A stretch of 64,000 bases of DNA from an uncultured Armatimonadia bacterium (lineage in GTDB: Bacteria; Armatimonadota; Zipacnadia; UBA1398; CAZMGT01). Under the pieces are notes generated by a model that worked only from the letters and a program-made list of their open reading frames with translations, made no database searches and was not told where the DNA came from. Location: contig CAZMGT010000009.1 in assembly GCA_964565895.1 (NCBI GenBank), positions 7,308-71,307 on the forward strand, read 5' to 3'. Within the stretch, counting starts at the first letter, position 1. Each line of letters starts with the position of its first letter. Shown piece after piece: positions 9,918 to 18,236 of the stretch. The position numbers and the translations under genes were made by a program.

Positions 9918-11399
9918 CTACAACCCCTTAAGCAGGACGATTACCGCAAGCTGCCCCCCGTTAAGCAGCCCGTGGGCGACCATCGCTGGAAACAGCGACC
10001 CCGTGCGCTCGCGCAAATGGGCAAGCATGACCCCGATAACCACGAGCTGGGGAACCATGAACCAGTCCATGTGCAGCAGCGAAAAGAGCACCGCGGAGAG
10101 CACCGCCGCCCAGCCCGCGGACATGCGCGTGCGCAGCGCGCCGTATACGCAGCCGCGAAACAAAAGCTCCTCGAACACCGGCGCGACGAGCCCCACGAGG
10201 AGAAACAAAATAATGACCTCAACGGGGCTCTTTGCCCCCAAGATCACGGCCATTACGGGGTTTGTGGACACCCCGTCGTTGGGGAACAGCCGCGACATAA
10301 CCACGCCGATGCCGGCGACGATGGGGTAGATGGCGACCAGGCCGCCCGCGCCCCAGAACACGGCACGCGCCCGGCCCACTGCCCGCAGGCCCAGCGCTCG
10401 CGCCGCCTCAACCGCCGGCCACACGGGGGCGAAAAGCACCGTGGCGCACACGGCGAACGCCGCGCAAAGGTAGGAAAAAGCCATTCCTAGAACGACGGGC
10501 AAGCCGCCCTTCTCCCCGCCGAACAGCGCGGACCAAAACGCCGAGGCTGTCGCGGAGACGACGAGCATTAGCCCCGCGCCGGCGAGACCGTCGAGCACCG
10601 TCCAGGGAAAGGGCGCGCGCGGCGGCTGCGCCTCGGGCAAATGCTCGGGTAACGGGTCTTGCCAGTCGGGCTGGCGCGAGGCGGCCGCCTGCGCGCTGAG
10701 CCACACGAGGTAGCCCAACAGCAGCAGCGGCCCGAGCAAAAGCGCAGCGCCCGCAACCCCGAACACGACGCCCAAGCGGAGAAGGGCAACCGCTCCCTGC
10801 CGGCGCGCCGCGGCTTGCTCGGCCCGGGCAAGCTCGCTCTCGCCAGCAGAGGCGAACAGCAGCCGGCGCAGAGCGCTTGCCGCCCAGCGGGGCTCGCTGT
10901 CGCGCAGGATGCGCGCGGCGGCCAGTTGCGCGGCGGAGCTGGCGTTTGGAGCGAGGGCTTTGCGCAGGGGCTCGAGCCAGGGCGGCTTGGCCGCCGAATG
11001 AAAGTCGCTGAGGTAAGATCGCGCGGCTCCCAGGTCGCCCTCTAACGCGGCCAGCGCGGCGAGGCGCAGGCGAACCTCGGCTCCATCGCGCGAAAGCAGG
11101 CGCTTAAGCCGCTCCTGCGCCTGCTCGGCCAACTGCCGGGACGTGCCCCGTAGGGCGCCCTCGCCGAACAGGGGGAGGTAGGTGGCCGCGGCGGCGCACA
11201 CGTCGGCATCGAGCAGCGCGGCGCGCGTGGAGATCTCGCGCTCGAGCTGCGCCGGCCGGCCGAACAGCGCGGCAAGCACCAGGGCCAACGCGCCGGCGGT
11301 GACGACAACCACCTTTGCCCTGGGGCCGAGCACCGTAGGCGACCAGGGGCGCGGCTCGGGCTCGGGCGGCACTGGCGCCGGAGGGGGAAGGTCGTTCAT
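9918..11399 (-). CDS. CPBP family intramembrane glutamic metalloprotease (CAAX protease-like) with long N-terminal extension
   Basis: C-terminal EELLFRG...FSLLHM...HGLLN motifs of the Abi/CPBP family on multiple TM helices. The N-terminal ~250 aa is a Pro/Ala-rich region plus TPR-like repeats. Confidence 0.7.
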   Translation of the reverse strand: MNDLPPPAPVPPEPEPRPWSPTVLGPRAKVVVVTAGALALVLAALFGRPAQLEREISTRAALLDADVCAAAATYLPLFGEGALRGTSRQLAEQAQERLKRLLSRDGAEVRLRLAALAALEGDLGAARSYLSDFHSAAKPPWLEPLRKALAPNASSAAQLAAARILRDSEPRWAASALRRLLFASAGESELARAEQAAARRQGAVALLRLGVVFGVAGAALLLGPLLLLGYLVWLSAQAAASRQPDWQDPLPEHLPEAQPPRAPFPWTVLDGLAGAGLMLVVSATASAFWSALFGGEKGGLPVVLGMAFSYLCAAFAVCATVLFAPVWPAVEAARALGLRAVGRARAVFWGAGGLVAIYPIVAGIGVVMSRLFPNDGVSTNPVMAVILGAKSPVEVIILFLLVGLVAPVFEELLFRGCVYGALRTRMSAGWAAVLSAVLFSLLHMDWFMVPQLVVIGVMLAHLRERTGSLFPAMVAHGLLNGGQLAVIVLLKGL

Positions 11400-11450
11400 A
11401 GTGGGGGAAAGATTCGCCCGCGCGGGGCAGGGGCCTTCGCTGCGCCGCGA

Positions 11451-12155
11451 CTAGCCCGGCTCGCCGGCGGGGGCGTGCGTTTTGCGCAGCCACGCCGGCG
11501 GAGCGGAGCGCTCGCCGTGGCCTTCTGCTGGGGGCTCGCCCGCGGGCTGCTCCGGCGGGGCGGAGGCTTGCTCTTCATCCTCGGGCGCGGGCGAGGGCCC
11601 GTGCGCGCCTTGCTCTGCGCGCTCTGCCGAGGGCTGGGCGGGCTGCTCGTCGGGTTGGGTTGCGCTATAGGCCTCGACCTTGCGCTGCTCCGCGGCGCGC
11701 AGCCGCGCGAGGTCCTCCTCTACTCGCTGGAGATAGCTGGAGAGCAGCGCGCGGAAGTCGAGCAAAAACGCCTCGCGCGCGTGCAACAGGTCGGCGATTT
11801 CGCGCTCGAGCTCGATGCGGTCCTGGCGCGCGCGACGGAGAATCTCGCGTGATTCGGCCTCGGCCTCGCGGACGACGGCGGCGGCCTCCTGCCGCGCCGC
11901 CTGGCGGATCTCCTCCGCCGTGCGCTGGGCAAGGACGAGGCTCTCGTTAAGGTTCTGCTCGATGCTGCGGTAGCGCTCGAGCTCGCGGGTGAGGGACTCG
12001 AGCTGCTCCTTTAGCCGCGCGTTTTCCAGAAGAAGCTCCTCGTAGTTGTCGACAATCTCCTGGCGAAACTCCTCGATCTCGCGCACGGAGTAGCCGGACA
12101 GGCGCGGCTTTTTGACAAACTGGCGCGACTCGATGTCCACGGCGCTCAGGCGCAT
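11451..12155 (-). CDS. divIVA: DivIVA domain cell-division/polar-growth protein
   Basis: N-terminus LSAVDIESRQFVKKPRLSGYSVREIEEFRQEIVDNYEELLLENARLKEQLE matches the DivIVA lipid-binding domain, followed by coiled coil. Pro/Glu-rich C-terminal tail. Confidence 0.8.
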   Translation of the reverse strand: MRLSAVDIESRQFVKKPRLSGYSVREIEEFRQEIVDNYEELLLENARLKEQLESLTRELERYRSIEQNLNESLVLAQRTAEEIRQAARQEAAAVVREAEAESREILRRARQDRIELEREIADLLHAREAFLLDFRALLSSYLQRVEEDLARLRAAEQRKVEAYSATQPDEQPAQPSAERAEQGAHGPSPAPEDEEQASAPPEQPAGEPPAEGHGERSAPPAWLRKTHAPAGEPG

Positions 12156-12162
12156 GGCACGC

Positions 12163-12975
12163 TCAGCTCCCCAGTTGTCGTGATCTTCGGGCAGCGGCGG
12201 AGACGGCGTCGATCACCGCGCCGCGAAATCCGCGGCCCTCCAGCGTGGCCAGGGCCTCGATCGTCGTCCCCCCGGGCGAGCACACGCTGTCCTTGAGCTG
12301 CGCGGGGTGTTTGCCCAACGTGCGAACCATTTCGCCCGCGCCGACTAGAGTTTGCGCGGCGAGGGCCAGGGCAAGGTCGCGCGGCAGCCCCTCGCGCACC
12401 CCGCCATCGGCCAGGGCTTCGATAAACAAAAAGGCATAGGCCAAGCCGCTGCCGGAAAGCCCGGTGACGGCGTCTATCTGCGCTTCCTCGACCTCGAACG
12501 CCGCCCCCGCGGCGCGGAAGATCTCCAGCGCGAGGCGCATTTGGGCGCGGCTCACGTGCCGCCCCGGGGCGAGCGCGGAGGCCGCCTGGCCCACGGTGGA
12601 GGCGATGTTGGGCATTGCCCGAACAACGGCGCTTTGGGCAGGGAGGAGAGCCTCGATCCTCTCCGTGCTCACCCCCGCGGCCACGGAGATAAACAGCTCG
12701 TTGCCGGAAACCAGCCCCTCGAACTGGCGCAGGCAGGGCTCTACCTGGTGGGGCTTTACGCAAATGAGGACAACATCGGCCCCGGCCAGGCACTCCTCGA
12801 GCGCGGCGCACACGCGCACACCCGTCTGCCGGCCGAGGGCGCGGGCCACGGCCCTGCGCACGTCGAAGGCGCGCACCGAAGCGGGGGAAACATCGGGGTG
12901 CGCGGCCAACGCGCGGACCAAGCTTCCCCCCATTGCCCCAACGCCGACGACGGCGATCTCTTTGTCGCCAAGCAT
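12163..12975 (-). CDS. proC: Pyrroline-5-carboxylate reductase
   Basis: IAVVGVGAMGGSL Rossmann motif and C-terminal P5CR dimerisation domain (SPGGTTIEAL). ATG overlaps the sepF stop (TGATG). Confidence 0.85.
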   Translation of the reverse strand: MLGDKEIAVVGVGAMGGSLVRALAAHPDVSPASVRAFDVRRAVARALGRQTGVRVCAALEECLAGADVVLICVKPHQVEPCLRQFEGLVSGNELFISVAAGVSTERIEALLPAQSAVVRAMPNIASTVGQAASALAPGRHVSRAQMRLALEIFRAAGAAFEVEEAQIDAVTGLSGSGLAYAFLFIEALADGGVREGLPRDLALALAAQTLVGAGEMVRTLGKHPAQLKDSVCSPGGTTIEALATLEGRGFRGAVIDAVSAAARRSRQLGS

Positions 12976-13385
12976 CAGTCGCTTCCTTCGTCCCTGAGCA
13001 ATATTCCGCCGCTGGAGATAAACGCCCGCTCCTCAACGTTAATCCGCTGGTCGGGCGGGGTGAACAGATATATCCCGTTGCCAATGCGCTCGGTGAACCC
13101 GTCCATGGCAAAGCACACGCCGGAGAGGAAATCGATGATCCGCTGGGCCTCGAATTGGTCGGCCCGCTCGAGATTGACGATTAGCGCCCGGCGCTGTTTG
13201 AGATATTGCGCGGCGTCCTCGGCCTGCTCTAAGGTTATCGGGCGGCGGAAGACGATCTCCGAGGTCGGCTCCTCCTCATAGGTGTCCTCGGCAAACGCCT
13301 CGTCTTCGGCGGCGACGAGCGGGTCGTTAACGCCCACGTCAAACGGCGTGTAGCTTTTCACGCGCTCCCAGAACCTGCCGGGCAT
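12975..13385 (-). CDS. sepF: Cell division protein SepF
   Basis: ITLEQAEDAAQYLKQRRALIVNLERADQFEAQRIIDFLSGVCFAMDG...YLFTP is the SepF core. ATG at 13385 has GAGAGGTGA Shine-Dalgarno. The ORF-track TTG at 13424 is also possible. Confidence 0.75.
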   Translation of the reverse strand: MPGRFWERVKSYTPFDVGVNDPLVAAEDEAFAEDTYEEEPTSEIVFRRPITLEQAEDAAQYLKQRRALIVNLERADQFEAQRIIDFLSGVCFAMDGFTERIGNGIYLFTPPDQRINVEERAFISSGGILLRDEGSD

Positions 13386-13429
13386 ATCGCGGTCACCTCT
13401 CACCTCGCGCTGGGCGAGGAGCAATGGCC

Positions 13430-14122
13430 TTAGCTCGGTCGGGGGCCAAAAATGGCCTGCCCGACGCGAATCATCGTCGCCCCCTCTTCAATGGCCACCT
13501 CGAAGTCGCTGGTCATCCCCATGGACAGGTGATCCATTCGTACCCCATCCAGCCCCATCCTCTGCAGCTTCTCGGCCAGGGCGCGGGTTTGGGCGAAGAT
13601 CGGGCGCACCTCCTCCGGGTCTTCCACGAGGGGGGCCATGGTCATCAGGCCGCAGATCTCCAGCCCCTCGAGCGCGGCGAGCTCGGGCAGCACCTGGGGC
13701 AGCTCCTCCGGGGCAAAGCCGAACTTCGTCTGCTCGCCGGAGACGTTGACCTCGATCAGCGCGCGCTGCCGCTTGCCCTGGGCGAGCGCCCGCTTAGACA
13801 CCTCGCGCGCCAGGCGCACGCTGTCGATGGAATGGATCCACTGCGCCATGCCCACCGCGGCCTTCGCCTTGTTGCGCTGTAGGTGGCCGATAAAGTGCCA
13901 CGTGGCACGCGGGCCGATGGCCTGATATTTGCGCTGCATTTCCTGGACGAAGTTCTCCGCTATGTTCGCGACCCCCGCGGCCAGTACCTCCTCGATTTCC
14001 GCCACGGTGCGCGTTTTAGTGACAGCGACCAACAACACATCCTCGCGGCGGCGGCCGGAGCGCTCACACGCCGCGCAAATGCGCTCCTCCAGCCGCGCCA
14101 GGCGCTCTTTTATCTCGGACAT
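13430..14122 (-). CDS. YggS family pyridoxal-phosphate homeostasis protein
   Basis: MSEIKERL...LLVAVTKTR (PLP lysine)...IGHLQRNKAK...SMGMTSDFEVAIEEGATMIRVG is the classic YggS/PipY/YlmE sequence. It sits upstream of sepF as in the ylmE-sepF arrangement. Confidence 0.85.
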   Translation of the reverse strand: MSEIKERLARLEERICAACERSGRRREDVLLVAVTKTRTVAEIEEVLAAGVANIAENFVQEMQRKYQAIGPRATWHFIGHLQRNKAKAAVGMAQWIHSIDSVRLAREVSKRALAQGKRQRALIEVNVSGEQTKFGFAPEELPQVLPELAALEGLEICGLMTMAPLVEDPEEVRPIFAQTRALAEKLQRMGLDGVRMDHLSMGMTSDFEVAIEEGATMIRVGQAIFGPRPS

Positions 14123-14304
14123 TGTCCCCGGCCCCCTGTCCCCGTAGTTGTGCTCCAATTACCACCGCGCCAGCGCCCAGTCAACAGGGCCGGAGGACAG
14201 GCAAACGGATAACGCCGAGGTTTTGCGCGCGGTTCAGCGGGCGTGGGGGGCGGTGCGAAAAAGGCGCGCCTGGGCGACAACGACGCGCAGGGTTTGGGCA
14301 AACG

Positions 14305-15915
14305 CTAAGGGGTGGCCGCTGTCGTGGGGATGGGCTGGTCGGCGTTAAGCCTAATCGTCCGGCGGGGCAACTGCTCGGTAACGGGGACGTCGAACTCCTT
14401 GCCCGCCCCGCGGAGGATGTAGCGCCCGAACTTGAGGTTGTCGAACACGGCGCGATAGCCCTGGCCGCGGATATAGCGCAGCTCCTGCTCCAGCGTCTCC
14501 CCGCCGCCCTGGAGGGTAAGGGTCACCGTGGCCGGTGTGTCGTGGATGACAATGATTTTTCCCTGCGCCTGGGGCTCGCTTGCCCGGCGCGGCGGGGGAA
14601 CGGTTCCCAGCTTTAGCTTAAACCGCGTGGGCAGGGGCTTGGGCTCCTCGGCCTCTGGGTCGCGGTTTAGGCGCACGCGGAAGATGACATCGAGATAGGT
14701 CTTCCCCTCAAGCTCGCTAACCACCGCTTGCACGGGCGTTTCGATGTCGCTTTGCAGGGGCTGCCAACCCTGCTCGCTGTCCTCGTAGCTGGCGACTTCG
14801 ATCGTGCATCGGTCGGGCGGGGGCGCCTGCTTGTCGAACCAGCACCACACGGGGACCTCAACGGTTTCCACGGCGCCAGCGCGTTCGGCGCGATGGGCCA
14901 TGGCGCGGCCGACGAGCCGCCCCACGCCCCAAAGGATGAGCACGGCGACGATGGTTACCACGACGCCGAGGAGGAAGGCGACGACCTGGCCGCTGGCCTC
15001 GGCGGCTCTGTCGCGCACGGCCGCCGTCGCCGGCCCGCGGCCCAGGGTGGGGGCGCGCTCGCGCTGGACGGGGGGCGAGGGCGCGGGGGCCTCCTTCGCC
15101 TCTTCCGGCCGCTCCCCCGCAGGCGCGGCCGCCGCCTCGCGCGCCACGCGCTCGCCGAAGTGGCAGACGACCACGCCGATGTTCCCCGAGCCGCCGTGCT
15201 CGTTTGCCGCGCGAATGAGCCGGTCCACGGCGATCGCCGGGCTGGCCGAGTCGCGCACAATGCGCTCGATCTCCCCATCGGTAATCTCGCGCCACAGGCC
15301 GTCCGTGCACAGCAAAAGCACGTCCCCATCGTGCAGCTCAACGGTTTTTAGATCAACGCGCACGGCGTCGGTAATACAGCCCACGCCGTTGCTGGGGACG
15401 ATCTCCCCGGACTCGTCGGTGGTCTCGTGGTCTTCGGTAAGCTTAGTAATGCCCCCGCCCGCGGGGAGGAGATAGGCTCGGCTGTCGCCGGCGTGGACGA
15501 TTTTCGCCTCGTTGCCGGCGATCACCGCGGCGGTTAGCGTGGTGCCCATTCCCGCGATGTTTTCGTTATTTTCGGCAAACGATTTAAGCGTCTGGTCAAT
15601 GCGCTCGAAGACATAGCGGAGGAAGCTATCGAGGTCGTCGATTCCCGGGATGCCGGACTCTCCGCGGCGGGCGTAATATTCCACCCCTTCTTCGAGCATA
15701 TTAATCGCCTGGGCGCTGGCCACCTTGCCCCCCTTGCGCTGGCTTACGCCATCGGCCACGGCATAAAGCGCGCGCACCCCCGCGGCGTCGGCCAGGTCGC
15801 GAAACCGCGCCAGGAAGACGGTGTCCTCGTCGGGCAGCCCCGCAGCGCGCCGCGCCTCCCCGACATCGGTGCGCCCGGCGGCGTCCATCCGCAACACGCG
15901 CTGTTGGTCGTCCAT
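14305..15915 (-). CDS. Membrane-anchored PP2C-family Ser/Thr phosphatase (PstP-like: PP2C domain + TM helix + ~190-aa extracytoplasmic domain)
   Basis: PP2C motifs (RTDVGEAR, AVADGVS, GMGTTLTAAV, LLLCTDGLW). A single TM helix VVAFLLGVVVTIVAVLILW follows, then a C-terminal soluble domain. ATG at 15915. Confidence 0.8.
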   Translation of the reverse strand: MDDQQRVLRMDAAGRTDVGEARRAAGLPDEDTVFLARFRDLADAAGVRALYAVADGVSQRKGGKVASAQAINMLEEGVEYYARRGESGIPGIDDLDSFLRYVFERIDQTLKSFAENNENIAGMGTTLTAAVIAGNEAKIVHAGDSRAYLLPAGGGITKLTEDHETTDESGEIVPSNGVGCITDAVRVDLKTVELHDGDVLLLCTDGLWREITDGEIERIVRDSASPAIAVDRLIRAANEHGGSGNIGVVVCHFGERVAREAAAAPAGERPEEAKEAPAPSPPVQRERAPTLGRGPATAAVRDRAAEASGQVVAFLLGVVVTIVAVLILWGVGRLVGRAMAHRAERAGAVETVEVPVWCWFDKQAPPPDRCTIEVASYEDSEQGWQPLQSDIETPVQAVVSELEGKTYLDVIFRVRLNRDPEAEEPKPLPTRFKLKLGTVPPPRRASEPQAQGKIIVIHDTPATVTLTLQGGGETLEQELRYIRGQGYRAVFDNLKFGRYILRGAGKEFDVPVTEQLPRRTIRLNADQPIPTTAATP

Positions 15916-16027
15916 GGCCTGCGATGCCTCCCCGGCGGGTGGTCCGGCCCACGCCACGGTTTATCTTCTTTTCACGCCGCCCAGGAACCTTTTCCTTCCC
16001 CGGCGTCGCCCCGCGCGGCGAGCGCCA

Positions 16028-16065
16028 GGCAAAAATAAAACCCGGAGCATACTAAGCGCTCCGGG
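16028..16065 (-). terminator. Rho-independent terminator downstream of the BsuPI-like gene
   Basis: 8-bp GC stem cccggagc/gctccggg (16041-16048 / 16058-16065) with a 9-nt loop, then a U-rich tract on the minus-strand transcript (complement of ggcaaaaataaaa). Confidence 0.5.
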
Positions 16066-16092
16066 TCGGTTTAGGCAAACGCTCGCGCGGTG

Positions 16093-17004
16093 CTATTGCC
16101 CCTGCTTGCCCGCGCGCAGGGCCTCGAGCACCTCCGGCGGATAGCCCGCCTCGACCGTTATCGGATACGTCCAAATGCGCGCGCTAATTATCCCTTGCAC
16201 CTGATATTTGCCCAGCGGGACAGGGTTGCCCTCGTTGTCCACCTGGGGCCAATACTCCACATATACGCGCGAGTTGTCCGGGGGCAAAAGCAGGCGATCG
16301 CTCTTCTCCAGCTCCGGCCGCGGCTGAACAACCTCGCGGCCGATCCCCTGGAGCGCACCCGCGTGGCGCGACCAGCGCCAAACCTCAACGCCGTCGCGGC
16401 TGACGACAAGGTCGTGCGTAAACCCCGCGGGATACATCAGCTCGAGCGCGCGGCCCGTGTCGTTTTTCAAGATAATGCGAAAGCCGATCGCTCCGTCGCG
16501 CCAGGCGTCCGGGGGGAGGACCTCGAGCGAGCAATATGCCCCGCGGTCGCCGCGGCGCTTGGTGATTAGCTCCGGCTCGATATAGGGCACGCCGGAGTCA
16601 GCCACGCGCACCGTCCCGCGAACAACAACGCGTACCTTTAGCGTATACTCGGGGTGCAGGCTAACGCCCACCTCAACTTCCGGCCGATTGGCGACGTAGA
16701 CCTCCCCCGTTTCGTCGCCGAGGATCCAGTCCGTGGCCAAGCGGGGAGCGAGGCCGCGCAGGGGCGAGAAGCGGCCGGGCTTTGTCCCGCGATATTCGCC
16801 GGCGAGCTCCACGCGCTTGCCGGCAAACTGCGCGGGGGCGGCAAGGATGGCGCCGGCCTTCGCCGGCGTCCACGGGCCGACCACGGCGCCGGGGATCTCC
16901 TCCGCAGTAAGCCCCTCGGTGGGCGAAGTGCCGCGCTGCTCCGCGGCGCAGGCGAGGGCGGGCAAGGCAAAGAGCACAACGCAGGCCAGGGCAGCGGTTC
17001 GCAC
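16093..17004 (-). CDS. Secreted protein with C-terminal BsuPI-like (intracellular proteinase inhibitor) beta-sandwich domain
   Basis: Signal peptide LACVVLFALPALACAA. C-terminal ~120 aa (LEVLPPDAWRDGAIGFRIILKNDTGRALELMYPAGFTHDLVVSRDGVEVWRWS...YQVQGII) resembles the BsuPI fold, by-eye assignment. GTG start with GGAGGTGA Shine-Dalgarno. Confidence 0.4.
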   Translation of the reverse strand: MRTAALACVVLFALPALACAAEQRGTSPTEGLTAEEIPGAVVGPWTPAKAGAILAAPAQFAGKRVELAGEYRGTKPGRFSPLRGLAPRLATDWILGDETGEVYVANRPEVEVGVSLHPEYTLKVRVVVRGTVRVADSGVPYIEPELITKRRGDRGAYCSLEVLPPDAWRDGAIGFRIILKNDTGRALELMYPAGFTHDLVVSRDGVEVWRWSRHAGALQGIGREVVQPRPELEKSDRLLLPPDNSRVYVEYWPQVDNEGNPVPLGKYQVQGIISARIWTYPITVEAGYPPEVLEALRAGKQGQ

Positions 17005-17193
17005 GGCGGCTCACCTCCGCGGGCCGGGCGCAAGCAAACCCGCCCGGCCGGAGCATACGGGTCGCAGGCCGATCTTGTCAAGCGAAGTGCTGTTTGACAA
17101 GTTTAAGATCCGTCGCCTGAGCGAAAATGTTCACCACAAATCGCCCCTCCGCGGAACCCCCGCCCCGCGGCGCGTGTATACTTCTACGGGAAA

Positions 17194-18121
17194 TCGCTCG
17201 CTGATGGAGGTCGCTATGGCTCAACCACGCGATTGCCAGAGCTGCTCCGAGGGAAACTGCCCGGCAAAACAAAGGCGCGACGACGAGTCGAGCCAAGAGT
17301 TTCAGGAACGCCAGCAGCTCATGCGCCGCATGTGCCAGATCGCCCACAAAATCCTCATCCTCTCCGGAAAGGGCGGGGTGGGGAAAAGCACCGTTGCCGT
17401 AAACCTCGCCGTCTCCCTGGCCATGCAGAAAAAGCGCGTGGGCCTGCTGGACATCGATGTCCATGGCCCAAGCATCCCCACGCTTCTCGGCGTGCACGGG
17501 GTTATCCCCGTGGGGACCGAGGAGGCCCTCCTCCCCGTGGAGGTCGGCCCGTTAAAGGTCATGTCCATCGGCTTTCTTCTGCGCAGCTCCGACGACGCCG
17601 TCATTTGGCGCGGGCCGCTTAAGCATGGGGTGATTAAGCAGTTTCTCAAGGACGTGGAGTGGGGCGAGCTGGACTATCTTATCGTGGACTCCCCGCCCGG
17701 CACGGGCGACGAGCCCCTGTCTATCGCCCAGCTCATCCCCCAGGCCGACGGCGCGGTCGTGGTAACTACCCCACAGGAGCTGTCCGTCGCCGATGTGCGC
17801 AAGTGCGTTACGTTCTGCCGCAAGGTGGGGCTGAACGTGCTCGGCGTGGTGGAGAACATGTCTGGGTTCGTCTGCCCCAACTGCGGCGCGCATACCGATA
17901 TTTTCAAAACCAAGGGCGGGGAGAAAATGGCGCGGGCGATGGGCGTGCCGTTCCTCGGCGCGATTCCCATCGACCCCGAGGTGGTCGCCGCATCGGACGA
18001 GGGCCGGCCGTTCGTGCAGCACTACGCGCAGTCGGCTACGGCGAAGGCGTTTGAGGAGATCGTTTCCGCGATTTTGGGGATGACGGAGACAAATGAGCCC
18101 TCGCCCTCGGCGGCGGGCTAG
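17194..18121 (+). CDS. apbC: Mrp/NBP35/ApbC family Fe-S cluster carrier ATPase
   Basis: ILSGKGGVGKSTVAVNLA deviant Walker A, DSPPGTGD, CPNCG motif. N-terminal Cys-rich leader (CQSCSEGNCP). Confidence 0.9.
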
Positions 18122-18203
18122 CATGGCTCGCGCGCAAGGCGCGGAAGTGCGCGTGCGGCTTCTGCCGCAGCCTTTTCGCCATGGCGCTCGCCCGCGTGCA
18201 AAG

Positions 18204-18236
18204 CCCGGGGTGGGTGCTACTTGCCCGGGCTTTTCA
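18204..18236 (+). terminator. Putative intrinsic terminator after apbC (hairpin overlaps the MATE stop codon)
   Basis: gcccggg (18204-10) ... cccgggc (18224-30) 7-bp stem with a ~13-nt loop, followed by ttttcattt. Confidence 0.45.

Noticed and set aside
12146-13111. 321-aa minus-strand ORF in an alternative frame over proC/sepF
   Set aside because: The same strand and region is occupied by proC and sepF with clear family motifs. The alternative frame is Arg/Gly/Pro-rich junk.
14305-15957. N-terminal 14-aa extension of the PP2C ORF (start at 15957)
   Set aside because: The conserved PP2C N-terminus begins at MDDQQRVLRMDAAGRTDVGEAR (ATG 15915). The upstream extension adds nothing conserved, so 15915 was chosen, though either start is possible.
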